From positions 1-50,573 of the IMG/VR virus record IMGVR_UViG_3300014656_006075: a stretch of DNA of 50,573 bases; one strand, written 5' to 3'. Positions 1-10,800 of the stretch are shown here, one piece after another. This stretch comes from a virus. Lineage: Duplodnaviria > Caudoviricetes. A program made the translations under genes and the position numbers. The notes beneath the pieces are model-generated. The model saw only the letters and a program-made list of their open reading frames with translations, was not told the DNA's origin and made no database searches. Each line of letters opens with the position of its first letter. Position 1 is the stretch's first letter.

Positions 1-492
1 TTCCCAATCTTGACCACCAACTAAGTCTTCATCATCAAGCCAGGGTTGGACACCTATTCTTTTCAATCTGGAATACAATTTGCGAACAACAGGTTTATCT
101 TCAGTAGCATGACATAGAAACGCTTTAAGTTTTTGACCATTTGATTTAGCTTTAATTTTATTGTTGACAACTTCTTTTTTTACCATTGGCTTATTTACCC
201 AGATAATTTTATCAGGAAGCAACCACCTTACTTTTAAAACCTCTCTATACAAGAAAAATATACCCGCAGCTGCTTGGCGTTGAGTTGAGTGGGATAAATT
301 AAGATCTTCTACTATATAATTTAGAAACACAGTTATGTCATTCATATCTAAATTAAGTGGATGAACCTTTTTATGAAATATTACATACCTTTTAATCCAG
401 TTTATATATAGTGATTGAGTCCCTTGGCTCAATTTTTTTTCGGTCATTTTTGCCCGAACCGCATCTAATAATTTTGGTGGTTTGTTTTTCAT
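1..492 (-). CDS. Integron-integrase N-terminal (SAM-like/core-binding) domain fused to a TIR domain; runs off the window edge
   Basis: Not in ORF track; translated by hand from ATG 492: MKNKPPKLLDAVRAKMTEKKLSQGTQSLYINWIKRYVIFHKKVHP...STQRQAAAGIFFLYREVL (IntI N-terminus pattern), then in frame KAFLCHATEDKPVVRKLYSRLKRIGVQPWLDDEDLVGGQDWE (bacterial TIR_2 start). Confidence 0.85.
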   Translation of the reverse strand, partial: MKNKPPKLLDAVRAKMTEKKLSQGTQSLYINWIKRYVIFHKKVHPLNLDMNDITVFLNYIVEDLNLSHSTQRQAAAGIFFLYREVLKVRWLLPDKIIWVNKPMVKKEVVNNKIKAKSNGQKLKAFLCHATEDKPVVRKLYSRLKRIGVQPWLDDEDLVGGQDWE

Positions 493-509
493 GCTCTTTA
501 TTTTGATAT

Positions 510-729
510 GGCTAACGTTGTTGCTTTTAAGCAGCCGCCCATAGCGACAATGCTAAACCAACAACCCAGTTATTAAATTATAGCCATGCTTAATTTTCCA
601 TGCAAGCATGGCGGCTTATTTACTTTTTAGTAACTACCCAAAACAAAAAACTCTAACGAAAGACGCTAACCTTATAATTACAACGAAACCCATACCGTTA
701 TCGCGGTCTGTTTGAAAAGCGGGTTAGGC
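510..729 (-). mobile_element. attC site (220 bp)
   Basis: R'' GCCTAAC overlaps the upstream gene's stop; R' GTTAGCC at 510-516; arms gcttttaagcagccgc / gcggtctgtttgaaaagc pair with extrahelical G and T. Confidence 0.85.
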
Positions 730-1821
730 GATATTTGAGAAAAAATTCGAAAACAAATAATTAGAAATTATGCCAGTTATTATAGCTGTAATTATCGCTG
801 CAAAAAATGATAACCATTTTTTGTTTAACTTTTTTAGTACTCGATCTTTGTGTTTTTTTGATTCTTTTGTTAATAAAACAAAACTTGGTTCTTGAGTGTC
901 TGCAGATCCCTCGACCCATGCAGCAAGAAATATTGATATCACCATTGATAAAATCACAAATACTACTAGCGCAAAATAATATCTTGACCAAGCTCCTCCA
1001 GCAACAAAATTTGTTAAATAATCGACTTTATTATTCAACGCTTCTAATGAACCATTCTTAAACATATTAATTCTATTTGTAACCTCTTCGATTCGGTCAC
1101 TTGCAAAACTATTTGCTGAAACAAAGCCATAAATAAGAGATGAGAGAAAAAATGATGTAGCAACACCGAATGAGATCTTGCCGCTATATCTACGAATAAA
1201 AGATTTTATTTTAGAGTCTTTCTGTAATATGGAATTTATGTGGTTGGTAAGCAAAGATTCAATATCTGCACCCCAAGTTCTTGCTGTATGTTCTATTCTA
1301 AAATTTATAAAACCTCTTTCATACTCTGGTTTATGTAACAGAATGACACTGTCACGGTCAAATTCAGGAAGGAACCTTCCAGAAGAAACAAAAGAAATCA
1401 GTATCTTTTGTTTTTCAGGTATTTTTTTGTCTGGGAACGTAACAATAAAATCCCAAGACATATGAACTGAAACAGAAGATATAGGTCGGACTTCATTGTA
1501 TGTTAATAATTCATCGATTTCATTAAATTCGACAGATGAATTATCTGAAAAAAATATACGTGCTGAGAATTTTGCTAAAGAACCATCGTTTTGTTGGGTT
1601 ATTCTTTGCAGAATAAGATAATTGATGTTCCTCAATTCATCATAATTAATCTCGAATATACCAAACATACCTTTGCTAATAGATTGAGGATTACCAAGTA
1701 AACTCTTTATGAAATTTTTAAATTCTCCATCATTAACTGGCAGTGTAATAAATCCTTCTTCAGTTTGATTTAATATTTGTTCCTTGTCTGTTTCTGCTTC
1801 AGATTTGTTTTGTTTAGCCAT
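724..1821 (-). CDS. Cassette-borne membrane protein of unknown function (about 3 C-terminal TM helices)
   Basis: 365-aa ORF bounded by complementary cores GTTAGGCG / CGCCTAAC; hydrophobic segments in C-terminal half. Confidence 0.8.
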   Translation of the reverse strand: MAKQNKSEAETDKEQILNQTEEGFITLPVNDGEFKNFIKSLLGNPQSISKGMFGIFEINYDELRNINYLILQRITQQNDGSLAKFSARIFFSDNSSVEFNEIDELLTYNEVRPISSVSVHMSWDFIVTFPDKKIPEKQKILISFVSSGRFLPEFDRDSVILLHKPEYERGFINFRIEHTARTWGADIESLLTNHINSILQKDSKIKSFIRRYSGKISFGVATSFFLSSLIYGFVSANSFASDRIEEVTNRINMFKNGSLEALNNKVDYLTNFVAGGAWSRYYFALVVFVILSMVISIFLAAWVEGSADTQEPSFVLLTKESKKHKDRVLKKLNKKWLSFFAAIITAIITGIISNYLFSNFFSNIA

Positions 1822-1843
1822 ATTATCCCCAAATAATTATTAC

Positions 1844-2062
1844 GCCTAACGTAGTTGCTGATAAGCCGCCGCCCATAGCAGCAATGACTTACTAACAACG
1901 AATATTTATAATTAGTAGCCGCATTAAATTGTCCCCAAATGCGGCGACGCTACTTAACTTTTACAGACTACATAGAACAAAATGCTTTACGAAAAACGCT
2001 AACCCCTAAAATACTCAAGCGCCAAATCGCATCGGCGGTCGGTCTTGAGCAGCTGGTTATGG
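1844..2062 (-). mobile_element. attC site (219 bp)
   Basis: CCATAAC ... GTTAGGC cores; arms gctgataagccgccgcc / ggcggtcggtcttgagcagc; visibly similar to the attC at 510-729. Confidence 0.85.
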
Positions 2063-2956
2063 CGCATTTTTTAGCAAAAAGATATAATTTCTCGAATCAG
2101 AATCTATTTCAATCAAATATTTTTCGTAATCGATCGTATCAGCTTTACGATTTTCAATAATTAATTGAAAACCAATTTTCGTTGGTAATACAATCTTGTC
2201 AGCGATTTCTATATTTGGGAAAAACATAAATGGTTCGATTATCCCACTTTCATGACTCTTAAGTACGACTGGATTACCCGTAGTGTATTCAATAAATATT
2301 TGATCATTTTCAATTTTGTATTTTACAATAGCATCCCGGGGGTATATTTTATTGATATATCTTTTATTTTTATATGTGATGTAAAATGGCTTCGTTTCTA
2401 GCGTTATAGTTTGAGCTGAAGAATCAATTTTTACGTCATGTGTATTTTTCCATGCTACTTCTTCTTTACCATAGACCATTTTGTAAAATATATTTGTAGA
2501 ATCATATGCAAAAACTTCATCATCATCTGTCGAGATGTTATAAGTAGCTAGTGAATACTTGGTTAGATTTGGAATAGTATCAAATTCAGATTTGTTGAAT
2601 ATGTCTGAAAATGGTAGAGTAAAAACCTTTTCAATATTTGAGTTTGCACCTATTTGTACAATTTCATCGATCATAGATGAATAGAAGCGGTTTGAGAATG
2701 CAGGAAAAAGCATATCGAATGATTTCACATTTACGATACAATCTGAATTTCCTTTGTTTACAAAAGTTACATTAAAAACTACATCCCATGAATTATTAAG
2801 TTTTTTAACTAGGTAGATACTTTTAGGATGTATCTCGTTAATAGGTCTATTAGAATAGTCTAATATTTGTGAAGAAATTAAGTATACGGCTACACCGAAA
2901 ATAGATGCAATCAGATGTGTCGAAATCGTTTTTAGTATTTTCTTCTTCTTTGCCAT
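2057..2956 (-). CDS. Cassette-borne protein with N-terminal membrane anchor, unknown function
   Basis: Start reset to ATG 2956 (MAKKKKILK) because the ORF-track start at 3016 lies inside attC; stop lies in the R'' box. Confidence 0.8.
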   Translation of the reverse strand: MAKKKKILKTISTHLIASIFGVAVYLISSQILDYSNRPINEIHPKSIYLVKKLNNSWDVVFNVTFVNKGNSDCIVNVKSFDMLFPAFSNRFYSSMIDEIVQIGANSNIEKVFTLPFSDIFNKSEFDTIPNLTKYSLATYNISTDDDEVFAYDSTNIFYKMVYGKEEVAWKNTHDVKIDSSAQTITLETKPFYITYKNKRYINKIYPRDAIVKYKIENDQIFIEYTTGNPVVLKSHESGIIEPFMFFPNIEIADKIVLPTKIGFQLIIENRKADTIDYEKYLIEIDSDSRNYIFLLKNAP

Positions 2957-2967
2957 ATTGTATTGCG

Positions 2968-3133
2968 CTATAACGACGTTGTGTTTAAGCGGATGCCCAA
3001 CGGTTTCCGCTGTCACATGCCACGATTTATTGATTATGTTAGTTAATTACTGCCTACTTCATAAAAACAAGACAATGCTAAACTGCAAAAGTTACGACCG
3101 GCTGAAGCATTCCGCTTGTAACACTGGTTAGGC
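2968..3133 (-). mobile_element. attC site (166 bp)
   Basis: GCCTAAC ... GTTATAG cores; arms gtgtttaagcggatgc / gcattccgcttgtaaacac. Confidence 0.8.
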
Positions 3134-3148
3134 AGTTTTTATGTATGC

Positions 3149-4288
3149 TTACTTATATAGTACACGTAAAAATTTACTCCACATACTTTCTGTATGAAAC
3201 CTTAAGCCTATTGAGCTTGTGCCGCTGTATGGGTCATAATAGTGATAATAATTTGGGAAGCAAATATTCACCCCATTGTAATTATGCATATTTTTGCCAG
3301 CAAAGTTTGAATTCATCATATTTGAAAAGCAATTCTTAGTCAGTTCAACTAATTGTTTTTGAGCAACATTAGTTTCTTGATCACCAAGTGCTATCAAAAA
3401 ACTATATAAATCCGTATATGTATTTCCAAAGATTTTAATCTTCTTAGTGTCGAAATTATTGAGTCTATTAGGATTATTAATGTAGTGCTCAAGTACTTTA
3501 TTAAAAGAATTATTGAATTCTTGTACTCGTTCAAGGTTGACGCTGCATAGTGTGAGCTTATCACCATATTGCTCATTGATGTATTCTTTGTGTAACGAAA
3601 TTATTTCAGTACATAATTCTTGTCCATCCGTGTCAATATTGGATTTAATATATTTATCAAAATATGACAACATACCTCGCCAATGAACAAAGCCACTAAT
3701 ATCCTCACTACCAATAAAGTATTTTGAACAATCTTTTAATTGATAAATGGCTTCCATAGAACCCATATAACAAGGCGCTGTAAACATAACGAGTTCAATT
3801 TTATTGGAAGACAACAAGGCAACCTCAATTTCCCTTAAAGTCAAATTATCACCTTCCTGAGAACTATCCCAACAAGTGCCTTTGTAACCACCCCCATGGT
3901 TATAAAATGCTACAATTATTTTTTCTGCTGGATAATGTTCATTTGAATAATTAATAAACTTTATAAGAGTTGTAGAGTCACCCATATTTGTTTCGCCAAG
4001 ATCTAATAATTTGATAGGATTGCTTCGTTGATCAATAAAATAATAAGCACCTCCAGCTTCTTTTGTATCACTTAACACCAAATAATTAATATCGTCATTT
4101 GATGAAACACGATCTGAAAAATCGTTTAGTGGATCATAAATGTTTTTGTTATCGGCGGCACTGTAAAACAAATAAGTCCATTTTTTGAGCTTGTTTCGTT
4201 CTAGATTATTATTCTCAGTTTGTTTTCGCTGAGTATAACATGCAACGAAGAACAAAACCACAGATAAATATGTAATTATTTTTAACAT
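3149..4288 (-). CDS. Clostripain-family (C11) cysteine peptidase lipoprotein, first cassette
   Basis: Lipobox FVAC, WTYLFYSAADN, NMGD, catalytic NHGGG and APCYMG; flanked by perfectly complementary GTTAGGCAGTT / AACTGCCTAAC. Confidence 0.85.
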   Translation of the reverse strand: MLKIITYLSVVLFFVACYTQRKQTENNNLERNKLKKWTYLFYSAADNKNIYDPLNDFSDRVSSNDDINYLVLSDTKEAGGAYYFIDQRSNPIKLLDLGETNMGDSTTLIKFINYSNEHYPAEKIIVAFYNHGGGYKGTCWDSSQEGDNLTLREIEVALLSSNKIELVMFTAPCYMGSMEAIYQLKDCSKYFIGSEDISGFVHWRGMLSYFDKYIKSNIDTDGQELCTEIISLHKEYINEQYGDKLTLCSVNLERVQEFNNSFNKVLEHYINNPNRLNNFDTKKIKIFGNTYTDLYSFLIALGDQETNVAQKQLVELTKNCFSNMMNSNFAGKNMHNYNGVNICFPNYYHYYDPYSGTSSIGLRFHTESMWSKFLRVLYK

Positions 4289-4307
4289 GTATAGTATTTT
4301 GTGAACT

Positions 4308-4395
4308 GCCTAACATATATTTAGCAAGACCCCTAAACGGGGATAAATTCCTCTTTGTTTTCTGTTATTCCCGAAATATTGTCGGGAATAACGAC
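4308..4395 (-). mobile_element. Probable attI region
   Basis: GTTAGGC core preceded by ctaaatatat with no attC arm; 11-bp perfect inverted repeat at 4364-4392 nearby. Confidence 0.55.
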
Positions 4396-4470
4396 TATTG
4401 TATTTGTCTAATACTAGCTATAATCTTCACTTATAGTATAAAAACAAACTATTTTGCGTGAATACCAATG

Positions 4471-4510
4471 CGTTAGAACGGAAAAATTTTCCGATCTAAC
4501 GACTCGTTAG
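4471..4510. repeat. Near-perfect 15-bp inverted repeat plus overlapping short inverted repeat
   Basis: cgttagaacggaaaa-a-ttttccgatctaacg; ctaacg-act-cgttag. Confidence 0.7.
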
Positions 4511-4580
4511 TCCAGAACATTTTTTACTCCACAGCGTTCTTAGCTACATGAGTATAGATTAACGTCGTTAAAACAGATGA
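4507..4580 (-). pseudogene. intI: 3' remnant of a tyrosine recombinase, likely integron integrase
   Basis: SSVLTTLIYTHVAKN, then after a frameshift CGVKNVLD*; matches the IntI tail (GH)SDVxTTMIYTHV...GVxSPLD; similarity ends just where GH should be. Confidence 0.6.
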
Positions 4581-4853
4581 TATTGTTATGAAACATGCAG
4601 CACCATTTAATAAATCTATCTATGCTTTATGTGGTCGTCTTTGGTATGTACTTCCCCAAGTATGCAGGCAATATAAAACTTTTAAACATTAAAGCAAAAC
4701 AATTCTGAGTCTTGGTAACTGTCCTAGTTGGAACCTAAAACTATTCCTTGTTTATGGCATCTAGTCACAACGCTATCCACGCTTACAACTAGGCGTAAAC
4801 CCCCAGTTAATTAAATCATCACTTCCATAATCATTGCAAATCATTATACGCCT

Positions 4854-7800
4854 TTAATATCTGAACGGATATTTTATTTGTTTTTCTTCTTTCTTGTCAT
4901 CTTTTTTGCTGCCCTTTTTGATCAAGCTATTAATCCTATGAGTAGGAATTCCCGTAAGCTCTTCAACAACCATTGAGGGATTCTGTACTGTTTTCAAAAC
5001 TGACTTTCCAAGTCTGCCAAATGGCAACCAGCTAACTGCCTGACCTTGGAGTTTTTCCCAGTCACCTGAATTGATGAAGGATATGGCATTGAACAATACC
5101 CTTGAACTTGGGGGTGAAACTGTCTGAAGTATATTAAACGGATGCGGTAAGCTACCATAAAATGCACGTTCCCTTTCCTCACTGTCACCATAAAAGAAGT
5201 CTGCAAGATCCTGAAGATACGAGAACGGGGGAGCCATAGTCGATTCAAACAATGTCCCAGGCAATACACTAGCTAAGGTAAACATGAACATATCAGCAGT
5301 CATAATTCTCCTGAACCTTTCGAACTCAGTAGTCCCAGGAGCGAACCCTGCATCCCTACCAGCTTTATACCATTCCTTTCTTAATTTTAATGAGTTCCAC
5401 GCCCATAACTGGAACCTAGAATAGATCTTGCCTACATTGGTCGAAGCGAACATTGGTCTGTTTGCATTGTTATAAAGGAACTGAGTTGCAGCTACACCTT
5501 TATTTGCCAATTCAATTAGCCAAGGATGATCCTTTTCGAGTGTAAGTCCATTAGCAGAAAAGACCTCTCTTGCCTTGAGATAATGAGCCATCCATGATCT
5601 AGTCCTAAGATGGACTTCAGACTTTCTCATAAACCAGCCAGCTCCTTCAAGAACACTATCAGCCATGTCACCAAAATGTTTTTTGGCTACTGATCGAACT
5701 GTATCTTCAGAGTATGCTTTGCGTTGTTTCATCATCTTCACGATATCCGACATAAATTCTTTTGGCTTGCCAGCCTTAAACTTACCTGACAACATCATTT
5801 CATTTTTGAACATGGATTCAACTCCACCATGAGACTCAACGAAACTGGTAATATCATTCCAGCCATTGAAATCCACGAAAACATTTTCACGCAACCATTT
5901 TTCATCAGTCGCTTTTTTCCAATGTTCAAATCCTGTACTGGATACCGTTGTAACAGTACCACCAACTATATTGTTAACCATCGTTCTTGTATGAGTCAAT
6001 AATGACATCAAGTTCCATTTAGCATCAACCTGAGACACCCAGTATAATTTTCTGGATACATCGATATCGTATAGCTGACTGAGCTGCTGTCTTACATTTG
6101 GATCTAATGCTTTATATTCATCACTATCAACTTTTGGTAATTGCTTGAAGAAATTCTTATTTCCGAAAAACTTCCTGGAAATATTCTCGACCTGCTTTTT
6201 GTATGCTTGGTCAGTAAATGCATAGTATAAATTATTCTTAACTTTGTACTGCTTATGAGATCCATCCTCACTATTAATCCACTTATCGGGGAATAGGGAA
6301 GGTCGCCCTGTATTGATCATGTTGAACTGAGTCATGAAAGCTGACCATGCTTCATTGTGTTCACCCATTGGCTTATCAAAGGATTTAGTTTCCAAATTCC
6401 AAGTACCTTGCTTGAACTGATTAATCGAACGTCTATTCAGGAATGAGTTAATTGCAGTCCAATAGCTACGGGACATTTTGTTCTCGTAACTTTTCAGAAC
6501 CCCTAAACTTTTCTCCCAACCAGGAGTCGGATTATCTTTGCTTCTAGCTGCCATGTTCCAGGCTCTAGGCTTAATGTTTTCTACATGCTCAAGTTTGGTG
6601 ATCGGTCTTTCCAATCTTGATTCCCAGTCCTGTAATATATCTGATGAATTCTCGTTACCATTTATTAGCTCAGACATTCCATTAATCTTAGCCTGAGTTT
6701 TATTATCCAGAGACTTGCCTGATAAATCAATTTCGCCCAGATTCTTTTCGATCCAGTTTTTTACTATCGTTTTATCATAATTCATGTGAGGGAAATAGTT
6801 AGCATACTGATGATCCTGAAGTTTCAGATCCTTGTACTCCATCCAGTTATCCTTGTTAATTTTAGTTTCCTTCAGCATATCAAGGATCTCTCTACGAACA
6901 TTAAAATTCTCAATCTGACCCACGACAGGAGAAAGGTTATCAGCCTCAGCCAATCGGAATAACGAGTCCATTGTAGCAGGGATAGTTTCGCCTCGTTTCC
7001 ATGCTTTGTACATTCCTGATTCTTTTAGTTCAGCGACAGACTCAAATTGCTTGTCAACTAACCGACCAACGGTTTCAAGTATACCTATCTGAATGTTCTC
7101 AATATTCTCCTGATGATACACACGTTCCATGAACTGCATACCTAAGAACTCAGGCTTAAAGTGAGACATTTGACCATCCATATGCTTAGTCATCTTATCA
7201 AGGTTCAGATACCCACCAGTCATAATACCAGGTTTCTTCAGCAGATCCTGACCAGCTTGAGAGAATATGTATTTCTTTGCAACCTTCTTAGACCAATTCG
7301 TCATTTCACGATCCATGTAATCAACCATTTCCTTAGCTGTCAATGATTTCTGTAACTTAGGTACGTAAAATTTATCACCTTTACCTTCCATCCTATCAAG
7401 CAATCGCTTACTCTTAATCCAGTTATTCGCGTATATGTCTGATTCGCCATTGGATTTCCCGCGCTGATTTTCCCTTCTATCAATTGCAATCTCTATTAGC
7501 TTATCACCAACGCCTGCATAATTTATATTCATCTGGTCAATCATTATCTTAACATCAGAGGATTCGTAATCATCCTGAATCGCATTAGTCCAACCTTCAA
7601 TCTGGATCTGTGTGCTATTGGATCTATTTTGAATTACTCCAAGTGTGCTTGAAAATACCTTGGCTTCGCCCAGTACCATTTTGCCAGGTCTGGTAATTAC
7701 ATTAATCTCCTTGTTAATCTTGATAGGATCTTGTGCATACATTTTAGCAGCAAAGGTTTTCACAGGTACAAAGTAGTGCCACCACTTCAGAGGAACAGGC

Positions 7801-10800
7801 TTGTTCTTGCCTGTCATAATGCCTCGGAGCATATCAGTAAACTCAATGTACTCCCTTGCACTTGAGATCCTTGGCATAGTTGAACCTACAAGATCTACAT
7901 CATTCAATCCGTTCCTTCTTAGCTGCTCACCAAGGAATAACGCTTGAAAATCTCGAATCTGCTCAGGGTATCTGTAAAAATAATCCTTCATAGTCTTATC
8001 AGCTAAATCCAACTCTTTATCGTAACGTGTAGCTGGTCGATCCTTCTCAGCATCCCTGGCTATAATTTTAGCTTGATCCACTGTGACATTCTGAAGGAAT
8101 TCATAATCGGGAATTGTATCTTCGCCCTGGATGACATCGTTTTGAGCATAATCCTTATTGATCTCAAGCTCAGTACGGGAGAGTTCCTCTTTGCTAACTG
8201 CCTGACTAAGTTCATTATACCTATGTCCAGTAAAAATTTTCACTTCATTACTCACGAACGGAAAGTCAAAAGCCCAAGAATCGATATTCGTAGCCATCCA
8301 TTGATCTTTGATTTGCTTCTCAGTTAGACCCTGTTCATCCAATCGCCATTTATTATTCTTCAGGAATGAATCCCAGTTTTCTTTTTGTGGTCTGAATGTA
8401 GATAGTAGCATTGTATCGAAAAGTTTCTGGAAGTCTTCAGACATCATTGACTGACTTCTAATAGAACTTAATTCCTTTTCGATCTCAGATTTTGCTTGCC
8501 TAACTGCTTCCATGTCTGCTTTCTTTTTACTTCCTTTTGGGATAAGAACTTGCTCAATGTATCTTTCCTTCAATTCCCAAATGTTATCCCTTAGCTCGTT
8601 AATCTGATTAGTTGTAATATCTTTCGGCATATACTTTTGAGCTGCTTCAATCGAGACAAGGTTCATAATATCCTGAGATAAGATTTCCCTGGCTTTCCTG
8701 TATGCTTCAGTAGGATTCTCAGCTAATAGTTTTTGATATTCGGGAGTCTTCAGCCAATCATTAAATTGTCCCAGATCTATTCGACCCAGTACAGTTTTAA
8801 TTTCTTTACTTGCACGTCCATACTTTTGAGAGAGGATAGTCAAGTTCTTGCCGTACTCATTAGATAGCCAAGGGTATACTTCATGGTGTCCAAATTCTAA
8901 CTCAGACATCATCAACCCAGCATTAAAAAATGGATTCTTAATTTCTCCACCAAGTTCAGTCCTTTGCTTACCCAACTCACTTACGATTTCAGGTAAAGTC
9001 AAATCCTTACCATTTAGCTTGCCCTGGTTAAGTAGACTGTTTACTTTTTTCAGTGGATGCTCTTTAACCGATTTCACAAAATCCTTCATGATTTCTGGAT
9101 CGGTAATTCCGTAGAGTCTCTTTCCAAATACTTCCATAACTTGATCGGAAGTAACCATTTTCTTTCCGTCAGCAGCATCAGCAGCACTGTTGATTAAAGT
9201 CCTTTTCAGAGCTTGAAACTGCTCCATTGCATCAGGTCGTGGAACAAACTTTGAGTTCGGATCTTCCAGCATACCTTGTAATATTTTTGTTATGTTGATA
9301 CCTGGTCCAAGTAGTGCATTTCCTTCAGTTGCAAATCTGTTCACCTTATACATGATCTTGGAATCAGCCATTGAGAAAGGATTATTCATCATTGCTTCTT
9401 CCTTAGCTGGCAGGTTCACATAGAAAGGGGAGTTTTCACCTTTTGCGTCAATCTCAACTTCAGCTATTGTATCATCCTTCAGACCTTTGTCAAATTTCTT
9501 GGTAGCTTTCAGGCGTTCGATTTCCTTACCTGATAATTTTTTCCATTTGCCATTGCTGTCTTTTTGGTGATACTCATACCAGTCATTCTTGACAGCCTGG
9601 AACTCTCTCTTTACTGCTGTTGGCATATTTGTATAGATGAAACCTTTGTCGATATCCAAGTCAGCACCACCTGCATTTGCCATGTCTTTCGGATGCAGTA
9701 TAGATCCACTTCCAGCAAGTTCAGAGAATCCTACTATTTTCAAGATTCTTACACCTGAAGGGGAATCAGTCGGAACTCTTTGCAGAGCTATTGAGAGATA
9801 ATCTTCCATTGTCGCTTTTTTAGCGGTATCAGTTTCATTCTTGTGTAGCTCAATTGCTTTCTCAATCTCAATCTTTCCATCGAGCCAAGGGATCTTGTAA
9901 TTTCTCAACTTCTCACCGAGTATTACTTCACCTTCCTGTAAATGAATACCTTGCATGAGATCAGGTCTGTACGGCTGGAATATGGTTGAAAAACTTCCTT
10001 CAGCTTTCGGTCTTACAACTTCATTTCTAATGGCATTTTCAACTACCTTTTCAAAATACGCGCGAAGCAATCTGTGATTCATTATAGCGGGGGTCAAGTT
10101 CATGTTATTCTTTCCACCCCAGAGTTTCATTATTTTTTCAGCTCCACTTACAGTACCTTCAATTTCTTTCCTTAGCCTATCAGCAGAATCAATTCCCAAT
10201 TCATGTTCGGAAACCATATTGTCACGTAAAGCATTTATGTAATGATTCATCAGTTTTCGATAGACTGCATCATTCTTACCTGCATATAAGACATCTATTT
10301 TTGCTTGCAATGATAACTTTTGCGGGTCTAGATCCTTGGAGTTTAACTTCCCATCCTTATACATATTGTATCTATTCATTTCATCAGCATCACCAATCAT
10401 CTTCTGACGAATCATATTATTCCACCAGGTAATCCCTTCAGGAAATCTTTTGGAATCCATTCCACTAGCTAACTGAGTTTTGTAGCTTGTATCCTGTAAT
10501 TGGGAATGATGTTCACCACCTTCAGTCAATGTGAATGATTCATGTGGGATCTTATACATATTTTCTGCTACTGACATATCAACTTGGTTAGCAGTCCCAG
10601 ACTCATAAAAGTCCCAGGAACCTTCCTTCGTGAAATGAGAATCATACACCTTTCGCTTACCTATCTGCTTTGCTGAAGTGGTATTCAATACGGTATGAAC
10701 ATTTTTATCAGTCATAGCCTTGGACATTTTTTCACCAGCTCTATGATAAGCAAACTTGCCTAATAACATTCCTTCGCCTTGAGCAGCATGAGTAAGAGTA

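Noticed and set aside
1-492. Functional integron integrase
   Set aside because: The catalytic domain is replaced by TIR and the gene sits in a cassette position
510-3133. CRISPR array or REP elements in the repeated intergenic segments
   Set aside because: The repeats flank whole genes and have attC geometry; there is no repeat-spacer periodicity
4570-4600. dif/Xer-like site (ttatgaaacat) as prophage att
   Set aside because: Only one weak arm; no partner repeat in the window
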